From the UHGV virus genome UHGV-0204626: a stretch of 39,893 nt of DNA. One strand, written 5' to 3'. The DNA is from a virus. Below are positions 1-8,462 of this stretch, one piece after another; the stretch's first letter is position 1; each line of letters starts with the position of its first letter. The position numbers were made by a program, and so were the translations under genes. Below the pieces are notes generated by a model. It was not told the DNA's origin and searched no databases. It worked only from the letters and a program-made list of their open reading frames with translations.

Positions 1-9
1 ATATTATTT

Positions 10-1188
10 ATGGCTATAAGCGACACAAAACTGCGTACTATTTATGGTAAACCATATTCGGGCCCACAAGAAGTGGCTGATGCCGATGGCCTCAGCGTAC
101 GAATTTCACCGAAGGGGGTCATCCAGTTCCAGTACCGCTATCGCTGGCATGGCAAGCCTAATCGACTTGGGCTTGGTCGATACCCATCCCTGTCTTTGAA
201 GGACGCCAGACAGATCACTGCTGACTTGCGAAAGCTCTATTTCTCAGGAACGGATCCACGCACCTATTTTGAAGAGAAGGTGGAGAACTCCATGACGGTC
301 GCCCAGTGTCTCGACTACTGGTTCGACAACTACGTCTCTACAACTCTCAGAGAAAAGACCCAGGCACTTTACCGATCAACGGTTATGAAGCGCATGCATG
401 ACGCCTTTCCTAATCGTCCGGCATCTTCTATCACGGTTAAGCAATGGGTTGACCTGCTTACCGAAGAAGAAAGAGATAATCCACGCCGAGCAAGGCAGGT
501 GCTAAGTCAACTAAGATCAGCAATAAGTTGGTGCATGCGGCGTCAGTTGATAGATAGTTGCGCAATTATGAGCATCCAGCCAAGGGACTTCGGCTCACGC
601 GCTGAGGTAGGGGATCGGGTACTGTCGTATCACGAACTGGCTAAGATTTGGCTTGCTATTGAAAGAAGCCGTGCGTCTACGTCAAATAAGCTACTTCATC
701 AGATGCTTATGCTGTGGGGGGCGAGGCTCTCAGAGCTTAGGCTGGCAAAAAAGACAGAATTTGACCTGCTGGAAAACGTATGGACCGTACCGAAAGAGCA
801 TAGCAAGATGGGTAATGTTATCCGCCGTCCAATCTTCGAACAAATTAAGCCTTTCCTCGAAAAGGCCATGACAACGTACAATGATGTTCTTTTCCCTGGA
901 GAAGACATAAACAAACCGATCAGCATCGCTGCAGCCAACCGATTCGTAAATAGAATAAGGGGAGGGATGGATCTGGGTTACTGGCGAACACATGATTTCA
1001 GAAGAACGCTTGTTACACGTCTGTCCGAGATGAATGTCGAGCCTCATGTTACTGAGCGAATGCTCGGTCATGAACTTGGCGGGATAATGTCCGTGTACAA
1101 TAAACACGACTGGATAGAGGCTCAGCGCAAAGCGTATGAGCTTCACGCTGATAAATTGTTCTGGCACATCAGGAGCATTTCTGATTAA
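10..1188 (+). CDS. int: Tyrosine integrase (P4-like, with N-terminal arm-type DNA-binding domain)
   Basis: 392-aa ORF; N-terminus has the arm-binding domain pattern (GLSVRISPKG...FQYRYRWHGK...LGLGRYPSLSLKDAR) and the C-terminus has catalytic-domain motifs (HDFRRT...MLGHE...Y). It is the first gene in the window, as expected for a prophage or phage end. Confidence 0.9.
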   Translation: MAISDTKLRTIYGKPYSGPQEVADADGLSVRISPKGVIQFQYRYRWHGKPNRLGLGRYPSLSLKDARQITADLRKLYFSGTDPRTYFEEKVENSMTVAQCLDYWFDNYVSTTLREKTQALYRSTVMKRMHDAFPNRPASSITVKQWVDLLTEEERDNPRRARQVLSQLRSAISWCMRRQLIDSCAIMSIQPRDFGSRAEVGDRVLSYHELAKIWLAIERSRASTSNKLLHQMLMLWGARLSELRLAKKTEFDLLENVWTVPKEHSKMGNVIRRPIFEQIKPFLEKAMTTYNDVLFPGEDINKPISIAAANRFVNRIRGGMDLGYWRTHDFRRTLVTRLSEMNVEPHVTERMLGHELGGIMSVYNKHDWIEAQRKAYELHADKLFWHIRSISD

Positions 1189-1360
1189 CGCCACCGTTAA
1201 GAATCCACCCTTCAACAGCTTCACGAAGGTATGATTTGGGGTGGGTTCTGACTGGCTTCGGAAATCCGTGCCGTTTGGTATAGTTCCAGATTGTCTGACG
1301 TGATGAAACACCGAGCTTATTCATCACTTCTTTCTCAGGAATCAGGCTGGTATCGGTCAT
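1169..1360 (-). CDS. xis: Excisionase / AlpA-like helix-turn-helix DNA-binding protein
   Basis: 63-aa ORF convergent with int; the ...RHGFPKPVRTHPKSYLREAVEGWI pattern resembles AlpA/Xis-family HTH proteins. The true start may be the internal Met (MNKLG...). A hairpin plus T-run follows at about 1372-1395 on the minus strand. Confidence 0.55.
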   Translation of the reverse strand: MTDTSLIPEKEVMNKLGVSSRQTIWNYTKRHGFPKPVRTHPKSYLREAVEGWILNGGVNQKCS

Positions 1361-1460
1361 CTTAATTCTCCAGGCAAAAATAAACCGCCATATAGCGGCT
1401 CTATCAGATATGTACAGGCCTCATCGAGTGTGAGGCGGTGTGATTTCTTTATTTCCACTC

Positions 1461-1676
1461 TTAATGTTTGTCAGTGAATGGTTTCTCCATCTCCATTAAT
1501 GCCTTATTCATCTCATTTCGTAACTCTATAGCCATCCTGACGGCTTCAACTTGTGCAGGATGTCGGTTAATTGCTGGAGAATATCGTCGGGAGCGAAGGA
1601 TTGAGAAAACAAAGATAATGCAAGCAACTATCTGAATTGCATTGCATATTATTGATACAATGTGGATTGCAGCCAT
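1461..1676 (-). CDS. Hypothetical small membrane protein
   Basis: 71-aa ORF with a hydrophobic N-terminal segment (AAIHIVSIICNAIQIVACIIFVFSIL) and a charged C-terminus; weak ribosome-binding site. The call is uncertain. Confidence 0.3.
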   Translation of the reverse strand: MAAIHIVSIICNAIQIVACIIFVFSILRSRRYSPAINRHPAQVEAVRMAIELRNEMNKALMEMEKPFTDKH

Positions 1677-1702
1677 CTACTACCCCAAATAAAAAACCGC
1701 CA

Positions 1703-1870
1703 TCAGGCGTCTTGGTGTTCTTTCAGTTCTTCAATTCGAATATTGGTTACGTCTGCATGTGCTATCTGCGCCCATATCATCCAGTGGTTATAGCAGTCGT
1801 TGATGTCCTCTGCTTCGATAACCCTGTCGAATGGCTCTCCATTCCATTCACCTGTGACTCGGAAGTGCAT
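1703..1870 (-). CDS. Hypothetical small protein (55 aa)
   Basis: ORF below the 60-aa cutoff of the supplied track, found by manual translation (MHFRVTGEWNGEPFDRVIEAEDINDCYNHWMIWAQIAHADVTNIRIEELKEHQDA). It is followed on the minus strand by a hairpin and T-run (about 1683-1702). Confidence 0.35.
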   Translation of the reverse strand: MHFRVTGEWNGEPFDRVIEAEDINDCYNHWMIWAQIAHADVTNIRIEELKEHQDA

Positions 1871-1970
1871 TTATCATCTCCATAAAACAAAACCCGCCGT
1901 AGCGAGTTCAGATAAAAGAAATCCCCGCGAGTGCGAGGATTGTTATTCACCTTTAACGGCAAGTTGCAGG

Positions 1971-2681
1971 TTAGCCACGGTTAACCTCCTGCGGCGGTTC
2001 TGGTAGCGGCATCCAGTGTGACGGTTTCCACGACGCACCAGGAATTATCCAACCATCATTAGCGTCAGGATGCCCCGGTATGTAAGTCGCCCATTTCATT
2101 CGCCAGTCACCTTTCCTGTCAAACTCCCTGGCAACAAGAACGGCTGTTTTGCTATCCGGCATTCGCTCACTACAGCTTATCCAACCATCCGGAGTTACCG
2201 GATAGTTGCCAGCCAGTCTACGCAAAACAGCCTTAACAGCCTCAATACGCTCATCATCGCAACTTTCTGCAGTATCTATGCGGTCGAGCATGATGATGGC
2301 GTTATCAATATCAGGATTGCCGGTCCACTCATTACCGCGATTGGATTCGGCAGCCTGGTTGCGCATAATCTCAGGCGTAAGCTCTTTGTAAGCATAAGCA
2401 AGAGGCTCTGATGCATTATCCGGCACAACCGACGCAGGCGCGGCAGCATAAACAGGAATAACGTCCGGTTGCTCTTTATTGCTTTCATCCGTTAAAGCCC
2501 AGAATAATTTCCCGGCCGGATGTTTGAAAATATAAGCAACTGGTTCTGCTTCCAGCGATGCCAGAGCAATTCGTGCCAGTTCTTCCGCTTCTTCTGCTGG
2601 CAGTACAACGTTGCTACCAGGTCCGTATGTTTCGCGCCACTGCTTGATTGTCAGTAGTCGATCTTTGGTAATAGTGGTCAT
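1971..2681 (-). CDS. Early-region phage protein, DUF551-like C-terminus
   Basis: 236-aa ORF; the C-terminal stretch DGWISCSERMPD...VLVA...W...GWIIPG...SHWMPLPEPP is the pattern I associate with DUF551 prophage proteins. Confidence 0.65.
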   Translation of the reverse strand: MTTITKDRLLTIKQWRETYGPGSNVVLPAEEAEELARIALASLEAEPVAYIFKHPAGKLFWALTDESNKEQPDVIPVYAAAPASVVPDNASEPLAYAYKELTPEIMRNQAAESNRGNEWTGNPDIDNAIIMLDRIDTAESCDDERIEAVKAVLRRLAGNYPVTPDGWISCSERMPDSKTAVLVAREFDRKGDWRMKWATYIPGHPDANDGWIIPGASWKPSHWMPLPEPPQEVNRG

Positions 2682-2683
2682 AG

Positions 2684-3427
2684 CTATTTCACCTTAATCT
2701 CAACATTTCGCAGCTTTAGCTCTACTGGCAGGTCTGACTTTCCTGTTAATGCTAATGCGAGATTTTCTGGAGTAATGAGAGCAGTTATTGTTTTCCCCCT
2801 CGCCAGACGAATAATCATTCGTATCTCGCAATCGTCACATGCTCCCGGTCGAACAATTGATATTTGTCCATTCATCTCACTCTCCTTTGATGCGAAGCCT
2901 GTTGCAATGCTGCTTATGATGCTGTCAGTGCATGGTGTAGAAAGCTGGGCATCTCCAGCAATTTTCATGACCTCAACATCTGCATATCGAATACCGAGGT
3001 GTATCAGACCGGCTATGCCTGACTTAAGCCGAGCATTTTCCATAAACAGATCCTTTGCCCGCTGTTTTTCTGCCTCAAGCTCAACGCGCAGCTTCCCTAC
3101 CGTTAGCGCAATATCCTCGTTCTCCTGGTCACGGCGTTTGATGTATTGCTGTTTTCTTTCCAGCTCATCCAGCAGCGCCAAGACGGTAGCCGGATTGGCT
3201 GCGGCGATGAATTCAGCATTGGCCTGCTGTTCCATTTGGAAATCTTCATAGAAACGGCTTTCTGGATGCGCTCCTTCAATTCTGCAAATGGGAATATATC
3301 CAGCAACTTCACGATGAATTAGCGCATCATCACCATCAAATCGGCCCTCTCCATATTCGAGCGACCACACACCACACGTTGCTTTTTCTGCCTTAGCACG
3401 CAGTGCCTGATAATCAATCTTGCTCAT
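2684..3427 (-). CDS. Ead/Ea22-like early protein
   Basis: 247-aa ORF; N-terminus MSKIDYQALRAKAEKAT...ANAEFIAAANPATVLALLDELE followed by a coiled-coil stretch, typical of Ead/Ea22-family lambdoid early proteins. Confidence 0.65.
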   Translation of the reverse strand: MSKIDYQALRAKAEKATCGVWSLEYGEGRFDGDDALIHREVAGYIPICRIEGAHPESRFYEDFQMEQQANAEFIAAANPATVLALLDELERKQQYIKRRDQENEDIALTVGKLRVELEAEKQRAKDLFMENARLKSGIAGLIHLGIRYADVEVMKIAGDAQLSTPCTDSIISSIATGFASKESEMNGQISIVRPGACDDCEIRMIIRLARGKTITALITPENLALALTGKSDLPVELKLRNVEIKVK

Positions 3428-3428
3428 G

Positions 3429-3749
3429 TCACATCACCCTGAATCCGTTGCATTTACGTAAAAAATCGCAGATATAGCCCTTCATTTTTTCATGCCAATC
3501 TCGATCATTCCCATTGCACCAACCATCAGGTGGAGTCCAGTTTTCTATCAGAGCAGCCATTTTCTTTGCTTTCGCCGGAGTAGCTGTTGCGGTATCGCAG
3601 TAATGACGAGTGTCAACCAACGCATCCATACCATCGATATCAAGTACGCAAAACCATGTGTGATTCGGAATTCCTACAGGTGGTATTTGTTGCCCACGTC
3701 GACGTTTATCAATAAGATATACACTCACTGCTTGCCTCCTTTGCGCCAC
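3429..3749 (-). CDS. Hypothetical early protein
   Basis: 106-aa ORF in the leftward early operon, tightly packed with its neighbours. Start is uncertain because it overlaps the upstream ORF. Confidence 0.45.
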   Translation of the reverse strand: MAQRRQAVSVYLIDKRRRGQQIPPVGIPNHTWFCVLDIDGMDALVDTRHYCDTATATPAKAKKMAALIENWTPPDGWCNGNDRDWHEKMKGYICDFLRKCNGFRVM

Positions 3750-3925
3750 ATCGCATTCAGATATTTGTTTTGATTTACTGACGGAAAAGAATTTCTCTTA
3801 AGCAATTCCTCTCTCGATGGCATTGGCTTTACGCGTTGGCGAATAATCATTTCTGCCGGAAGAATGCCGGGATTGTATGCAAGTCCTCTCATTGTAAATT
3901 CCTCAGTCATTACTGATAGCGCCAT
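3725..3925 (-). CDS. Hypothetical early protein
   Basis: 66-aa ORF in the operon, overlapping neighbours at both ends; context only. Confidence 0.3.
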   Translation of the reverse strand: MALSVMTEEFTMRGLAYNPGILPAEMIIRQRVKPMPSREELLKRNSFPSVNQNKYLNAMWRKGGKQ

Positions 3926-4199
3926 AGCGTGAGCGGTAATTACGCAGGCGCGGGTCGATATATTCAGGGAAGTGGGTATATGTGGATTTGCGGAATGGTC
4001 GGATTGATGTTTCGTTTATTCGGTCTTTTTCCTGTTTTTCTGCGAGTTGTATATCGCGTCGGTACTTCCGTTCTTCTTTTGTTTCTGGTGGCAGAGCAAG
4101 AAACGCGTCGAGATTATTCTTGATATTTTCCAGCACCTCAGATATGGAATTGCCGGAACAGCGGCGCGGGTCGTCCGCACCATATAGAGGCGCTGGCAT
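3903..4199 (-). CDS. Hypothetical early protein
   Basis: 98-aa ORF in the leftward operon, charged and lysine/arginine-rich. Confidence 0.45.
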   Translation of the reverse strand: MPAPLYGADDPRRCSGNSISEVLENIKNNLDAFLALPPETKEERKYRRDIQLAEKQEKDRINETSIRPFRKSTYTHFPEYIDPRLRNYRSRYGAISND

Positions 4200-4215
4200 G
4201 GTTTTCTCCTGTTGA

Positions 4216-4764
4216 TTATTTAGCTAACTTTTTCCAGATCGCTGAAACGTATTTGGCTTGGTGGATGGCATCATCAAGCGCGTTGTGGCGAGTTCCTTTG
4301 AATGGCATATCTCGCTTAGGATCGAATCCTATTACCTTCCCAAGTTCGACGATTGTTCTTACGTCGCGGTCATTCCACCACTGCCACGGAACTGGCTGCC
4401 CTGTCAGCGAATAACTGTTGCGGAGAATAACGCAGTCAAATGATGCTCCATTCCCCCAAACCTGAACGAGTTTGTGGTTGGCGTTCTTTATGATGAATTC
4501 AGATAACCATGAAAGAGCCGTTGAAAGCTCCTGAGTGTTGCTGGTTAGCGATTTTCTGGCTTCTTCACTCTGTTCCAGCCACCATAAAATCGTTGAAGCG
4601 TCAGGACGCGCCCGATATCGCATTGATGACTCAAGCGAGATATTTACCGAGAACTCTTCTCCTGTTTCTCCGGTATTCGGGTCAAAGAATACCGCCCCAA
4701 TAGAAATAACTGGCGCGTATGGCCCGTTGCCCATTGTTTCAAGGTCAACCATCAAGTGATTCAT
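4216..4764 (-). CDS. 3'-5' exonuclease (DnaQ-like / DEDD family)
   Basis: 182-aa ORF; N-terminal MVDLETMG motif (Exo I-like acidic DxE) and C-terminal H...D motif (TRHNALDDAIHQA) typical of DEDDh exonucleases found in prophage recombination modules. Confidence 0.75.
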   Translation of the reverse strand: MNHLMVDLETMGNGPYAPVISIGAVFFDPNTGETGEEFSVNISLESSMRYRARPDASTILWWLEQSEEARKSLTSNTQELSTALSWLSEFIIKNANHKLVQVWGNGASFDCVILRNSYSLTGQPVPWQWWNDRDVRTIVELGKVIGFDPKRDMPFKGTRHNALDDAIHQAKYVSAIWKKLAK

Positions 4765-4772
4765 GTAAGTCC

Positions 4773-5279
4773 TTAAATTGCGTGAATAGCGTGACGAGGG
4801 AAGGGGAGAGTTACTGGTGCAAAGGGTATATCGTCGTCAAAATCCATCGGAGGTTCGTTGTGTTGTGCTGGTGATGATTGCTGCTGTGGCTTCTGCGATT
4901 GCCTGCTGGCTGCTTGTTGTTTGCTGTCGCCAATTCCGCCAAGCATTTGCATCACGCCATTAATTCCGACATGAACCTCGGTTGTGTAACGGTCTTGCCC
5001 TGACTGGTCTTTCCACTTTCTGGTTCTCAGCATTCCCTCGAAATAAATCTGATCACCTTTTTTCACATACTGCCCCACGACCTCAGCCAGTTTCCCGGAT
5101 ACAGCAACACGATGCCATTCAGTCAATTCCTTTTGCTCGCCAGTATTTTTATCTCGCCATTGTTCTGACGTGGCTATTGTCAGGTTAGCGAACGCTGTTC
5201 CTGATGGTGAGTATCGAACTTCCGGGTCTTGTCCTACCCGACCAAGGATAATCACCTTATTTACGCCTCTGCTTGCCAT
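4773..5279 (-). CDS. ssb: Single-stranded DNA-binding protein
   Basis: 168-aa ORF; OB-fold SSB signature ([18 protein letters not shown]...TEWHRV...) with a Gln/Pro-rich linker and acidic C-terminal tail ending DDDIPF. Confidence 0.92.
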   Translation of the reverse strand: MASRGVNKVIILGRVGQDPEVRYSPSGTAFANLTIATSEQWRDKNTGEQKELTEWHRVAVSGKLAEVVGQYVKKGDQIYFEGMLRTRKWKDQSGQDRYTTEVHVGINGVMQMLGGIGDSKQQAASRQSQKPQQQSSPAQHNEPPMDFDDDIPFAPVTLPFPRHAIHAI

Positions 5280-5987
5280 TTATGCCGCCTGTTTTAGCTC
5301 GTTAACTCTGATGTTCATTACCTGAACGCATTTAGCCTGCGCCTCCTCGTTGCCAGCCATTAATTGCCAGTCACGATGATAACGCTCGATGAGTTTTTTC
5401 TTGTCAGTTTCTGTTGACGCATAATCGCTGAAGTCTTTCAGGATTTGTTCGCAGTCAACCGATGGAGATTTCTGGTTGGTATTTTCTGGTGATGGTTTGT
5501 TATCTGATGCTGGGATTGCCCATCCCGGCAGCGATGGAGGGAGCCAGTAAAATCCTGTTCCATCCTTGAGTTTTGCCCTGTGCCATCCCTGCTTTTTATC
5601 GAGAGATGTTTGTGCAAAACCTTCCTCAAGGTTATACAGATACCGACCGATTCCCCACTGAACGGCAGCGCGCTTCATTGCACCGGAACGACCACCTTTG
5701 ACGGCTTCTACCTGCGTGTTTTCAGCAGCATCCCATTTGGTTACCCATTCGGAATCAATCTTTATTGATATGCCGCATTCAACGCCGCCGTTGTTGGGAA
5801 TATCGCGGTATTCATTGCGCCATCCTGCTTTGCCGCAAACATCGTCCAGGCGTTTCATGATTGCCCGGTTCGTGACATAAGCCAGCACCATAGCCCACAC
5901 TTTGCCATCGCGTGTTTTACCGCTTTGCTGTATTCGCCATTCGATATCTTCAGGGCTGAATGGCTCATCGAATTTATTCAAATCCAT
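5280..5987 (-). CDS. ssDNA-annealing recombinase with an Erf-like C-terminal domain
   Basis: 235-aa ORF directly upstream of ssb in the recombination module. The C-terminal ~55 aa (CEQILKDFSDYASTETDKKKLIERYHRDWQLMAGNEEAQAKCVQVMNIRVNELKQAA) match my recollection of the P22 Erf C-terminus; the N-terminal domain looks like a different annealing-protein family. Confidence 0.75.
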   Translation of the reverse strand: MDLNKFDEPFSPEDIEWRIQQSGKTRDGKVWAMVLAYVTNRAIMKRLDDVCGKAGWRNEYRDIPNNGGVECGISIKIDSEWVTKWDAAENTQVEAVKGGRSGAMKRAAVQWGIGRYLYNLEEGFAQTSLDKKQGWHRAKLKDGTGFYWLPPSLPGWAIPASDNKPSPENTNQKSPSVDCEQILKDFSDYASTETDKKKLIERYHRDWQLMAGNEEAQAKCVQVMNIRVNELKQAA

Positions 5988-5995
5988 AATTCACC

Positions 5996-6166
5996 TCAGA
6001 ATGGACATGGCCCAAGGAAATAACGCTGATTTAATACTTCAGTCTTTGCCGCATTCAAAAATACGCGAACACCTTCACGATCTCCCTTCTGGCGATACAT
6101 TAACGCCTGCTGCGTGTACATGCGCCTCTGTAACTTGCTCTCCTTCACTGTGGTTGCAAGTGACAT
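5996..6166 (-). CDS. Hypothetical small protein (56 aa)
   Basis: Manually found ORF with a strong ribosome-binding site (GAAGGAGATATTC-ATG), between kil and the recombinase. An alternative overlapping ORF in another frame (6075-6245, MSFTDNWSDEEF...) is coupled to the kil stop; only one is likely real. Confidence 0.3.
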   Translation of the reverse strand: MSLATTVKESKLQRRMYTQQALMYRQKGDREGVRVFLNAAKTEVLNQRYFLGPCPF

Positions 6167-6241
6167 GAATATCTCCTTCGTTACCGATTAATTCTTTCAT
6201 CTGACGAATGAATTCTTCGTCTGACCAGTTATCTGTAAAAC

Positions 6242-6394
6242 TCATTTCCTGCGATACCATGGAAGGTTGATAGCTGATTTCATCTCTTTATTTGCTTCAA
6301 GCCACATTTTGGAATCACCAATAAATCTGGCTATTACTGCTTTGTTTTGTGCCGCACGAAGCATCTGGTGATTGATGGCTATTTCATTGCGCAT
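6242..6394 (-). CDS. kil: Kil-like host-killing / cell-division inhibitor protein
   Basis: Manually found 50-aa ORF; the segment AAQNKAVIARFIGDSKMWLEA resembles the lambda Kil core (…FTIATFIGDEKMFREA…), and it sits immediately downstream of cIII as in lambda. Confidence 0.5.
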   Translation of the reverse strand: MRNEIAINHQMLRAAQNKAVIARFIGDSKMWLEANKEMKSAINLPWYRRK

Positions 6395-6510
6395 AATAAG
6401 ACCTCAACTCTTTTCCATCCGTCACGTAATTTACGGGTGATTCGTTCAAGTAAAGATTCATTTAGTTGGAAGGCACCCATGCGAGCGCCTCCCGCGATTG
6501 CGTAAATCAT
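6379..6510 (-). CDS. cIII: cIII-like protease inhibitor (FtsH inhibitor)
   Basis: Manually found 43-aa ORF (MIYAIAGGARMGAFQLNESLLERITRKLRDGWKRVEVLLCAMK) carrying the conserved cIII core ESLLERITRKLRDGWKR; ribosome-binding site AAGGAA upstream. Confidence 0.75.
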   Translation of the reverse strand: MIYAIAGGARMGAFQLNESLLERITRKLRDGWKRVEVLLCAMK

Positions 6511-6534
6511 GGGTGGTTCCTTATGTTGGTTTTA

Positions 6535-7500
6535 TTAGTAGGTTATTTTTGTTGCGAATACTTCGCCTTTTACGATGGCTGTTATGATATTTTTAGCAAC
6601 ATCTTCTGATGCGACAACCTTGATAAGGTCAGCAAGTATTTTGTTATTTACTTCTTTCCGGTGAGCTTTATCCTTTGCTCTACGCTCTTCTTCGTCCTTG
6701 ATTCTTTTTTCTTCTGCTATTCTGGCTTGCTCTTTTGCTTCAGCCTCGCGCAGGATTCGTTCTGCCTCCTCCTGTGCTTTACGGCGTTCTGCTTCAATTG
6801 CCGCATGCTTTTCTCTTTCAGCTCGTTCTGCCTCTTTTGCTTCGCGCTGTGCTCGTTGCTCGGCTTCAATGCGTTCACGCTCTGCACGTTCCGCTGCGGC
6901 CTTAGCTTCTGCTTCTCGCCTTGCTGCTGCTTCAATTTCGGCTTTTGCCTTTGCTTCGGCTTCAGCTCTGGCTTTCTCTTCAGCTTCTCTTTTTAAGCGT
7001 TCTTCATGCTCTCGCTTTTCCTGCTCAGCTTTGAGTCTTGCCTCTTCTCTTTGGCGGTCAAATTCTCGATCCATCAAAATCGCTATTTCATGGTCAGACT
7101 CAATTTGCTTTGCGAGAGCTTCGGCTGCTGCCTTAGCTTCTTCTTCGGCTTTAATCCGCGCCTGTTCCTCTTCATAATCAGTAAGAGGCTGGCGTGCCTT
7201 GGCTTTCAGTTCATCAAGGCGATCGCGCACTGTCTTGCGGTTGTTATCAATTAGCTTTGGAATTTCCTTCAGTTCAGCAACAAGGTCTTTGCCAAGACCA
7301 TCGAGATATGTTTTCGTCTGCGCAACTTTATACGCCAGAGAAGCGATCTCCTTTCTGCCCTTTGCCGTTGTGATATCAGGCACAAAGGACATAACTTCAC
7401 GTTCAACCTTTTGAAGGATTTCTTCAATCTGGTCGGCAGACTGAAATACAGTCATTGCATTTGCTTTTTCAATAACAACTAAATCTGTTACTTCACTCAT
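6535..7500 (-). CDS. ER/K-rich coiled-coil protein of unknown function
   Basis: Long ORF (6535-7554 in the track); the likely start is the Met at 7500, preceded by GGAGGA. A structured N-terminal ~130 aa is followed by ~150 aa of near-pure E/A/K/R repeats (EAKAKAEIEAAARREAEAKAAAERAERERIEAEQRAQREAKEAERAEREK...) and a short C-terminal domain. Confidence 0.7.
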   Translation of the reverse strand: MSEVTDLVVIEKANAMTVFQSADQIEEILQKVEREVMSFVPDITTAKGRKEIASLAYKVAQTKTYLDGLGKDLVAELKEIPKLIDNNRKTVRDRLDELKAKARQPLTDYEEEQARIKAEEEAKAAAEALAKQIESDHEIAILMDREFDRQREEARLKAEQEKREHEERLKREAEEKARAEAEAKAKAEIEAAARREAEAKAAAERAERERIEAEQRAQREAKEAERAEREKHAAIEAERRKAQEEAERILREAEAKEQARIAEEKRIKDEEERRAKDKAHRKEVNNKILADLIKVVASEDVAKNIITAIVKGEVFATKITY

Positions 7501-7643
7501 ATATCCTCCGTCAAAAAAATTGCCCTCACACTGGAGGGCAAAGAAGATTTCCAATAATCAGAACAAGTCGGCTCCTGTTTAGTTACGAGCGACATTGCTC
7601 CGTGTATTCACTCGTTGGAATGAATACACAGTGCTTACTCGTA

Positions 7644-8114
7644 CTAATAAAATACCCAATTTTCTGTTTCTTGGTTGTGCCCAAAGTTATATTCAATATC
7701 TGGTGTTGATGTATCAATATTCTTCATCCCATCAACAAGAGTTGATACAACAGCCAAATCTTGTTTGATTCTCATCAAATGGTATTTCTTCCGGCGCAAT
7801 AAACTTTCAATGGCAAGTTTCTTCGTCGGGAATGCAAAAGATCTTTCTGCATTTTTTGCTACTTTCTTAATTGCATATCTATTTCTCCTTTGTTTCCATT
7901 CCTGTAACCACTGATTTGGTGCTGGTTTAAAATTAACAATCCAATGCGCAGGAACCAACCATGCATAATGCTCTGTCTGATGAAAAGCTATATATTGAAG
8001 TGCGAATATTTTGATTCCATCTTCTTCAACTGTCGCTTGGAATCTCCAGAAAACAGGCATTCCATCATGTTCAGTTTCTGATTCAGGAAAAGGTACGCTC
8101 CATGATTTTGTCAT
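7644..8114 (-). CDS. Hypothetical protein (156 aa), accessory gene in the ral/sieB position
   Basis: ORF immediately downstream of the N-like gene in the leftward operon, with ribosome-binding site GAGGTGA. The local DNA is visibly AT-rich compared with its neighbours. I do not recognise the protein. Confidence 0.7.
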   Translation of the reverse strand: MTKSWSVPFPESETEHDGMPVFWRFQATVEEDGIKIFALQYIAFHQTEHYAWLVPAHWIVNFKPAPNQWLQEWKQRRNRYAIKKVAKNAERSFAFPTKKLAIESLLRRKKYHLMRIKQDLAVVSTLVDGMKNIDTSTPDIEYNFGHNQETENWVFY

Positions 8115-8122
8115 ATCTCACC

Positions 8123-8422
8123 TCAAATAAGTGGTTTGCTGCCTAATTTCATTTTCTGGCGACCAACACAAGTCACACCCATTTCACTGCGTGGCTTGCG
8201 GTAGTAAATACGGTTCTGTTTACGCTCGACTTCTTCTGCCTTCTTGCAGCGAAGGCTTCCGAGTGATGCTGCTTTATCTGCTCTGACGCAACCAGAGAGC
8301 TTTAGCGCAATTTTTCGCGCCAGTCGCTGTTCTTGCATCGCCTGTTCACGTTGAGCCTGTCTGCGTGCTCTGCGGCGATTTCTGGTGTTATCGTCAGCCA
8401 GATATGTAATGACTACTGTCAT
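8123..8422 (-). CDS. N: N-like transcription antitermination protein
   Basis: Arginine-rich motif near the N-terminus (DDNTRNRRRARRQAQREQ) like the lambda N RNA-binding motif. Start placed at the internal Met (MTVVITYLADD) preceded by GGAGGT; it is the first gene downstream of nutL. Confidence 0.7.
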   Translation of the reverse strand: MTVVITYLADDNTRNRRRARRQAQREQAMQEQRLARKIALKLSGCVRADKAASLGSLRCKKAEEVERKQNRIYYRKPRSEMGVTCVGRQKMKLGSKPLI

Positions 8423-8462
8423 GTTGACCTCCGGGTAGGTGCACATCCTTGTGTGTCGATGA

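Noticed and set aside
653-1311. ORFs 653-871 (+), 699-938 (-) and 730-1311 (-, 193 aa) inside or antisense to the integrase gene
   Set aside because: They are entirely nested within the integrase coding sequence, which has clear family motifs; the antisense 193-aa ORF has no recognisable features or ribosome-binding site.
6661-7414. Several plus- and minus-strand ORFs (6661-6996, 6698-7177, 6717-6935, 7006-7254, 7199-7414) overlapping the coiled-coil gene
   Set aside because: These are low-complexity translations (Ser/Ala/Leu/Cys/Phe-rich or Lys/Gln-rich) produced by reading the GAA/GCT-rich repeat DNA in other frames; they have no start context and are fully nested in a well-supported gene.
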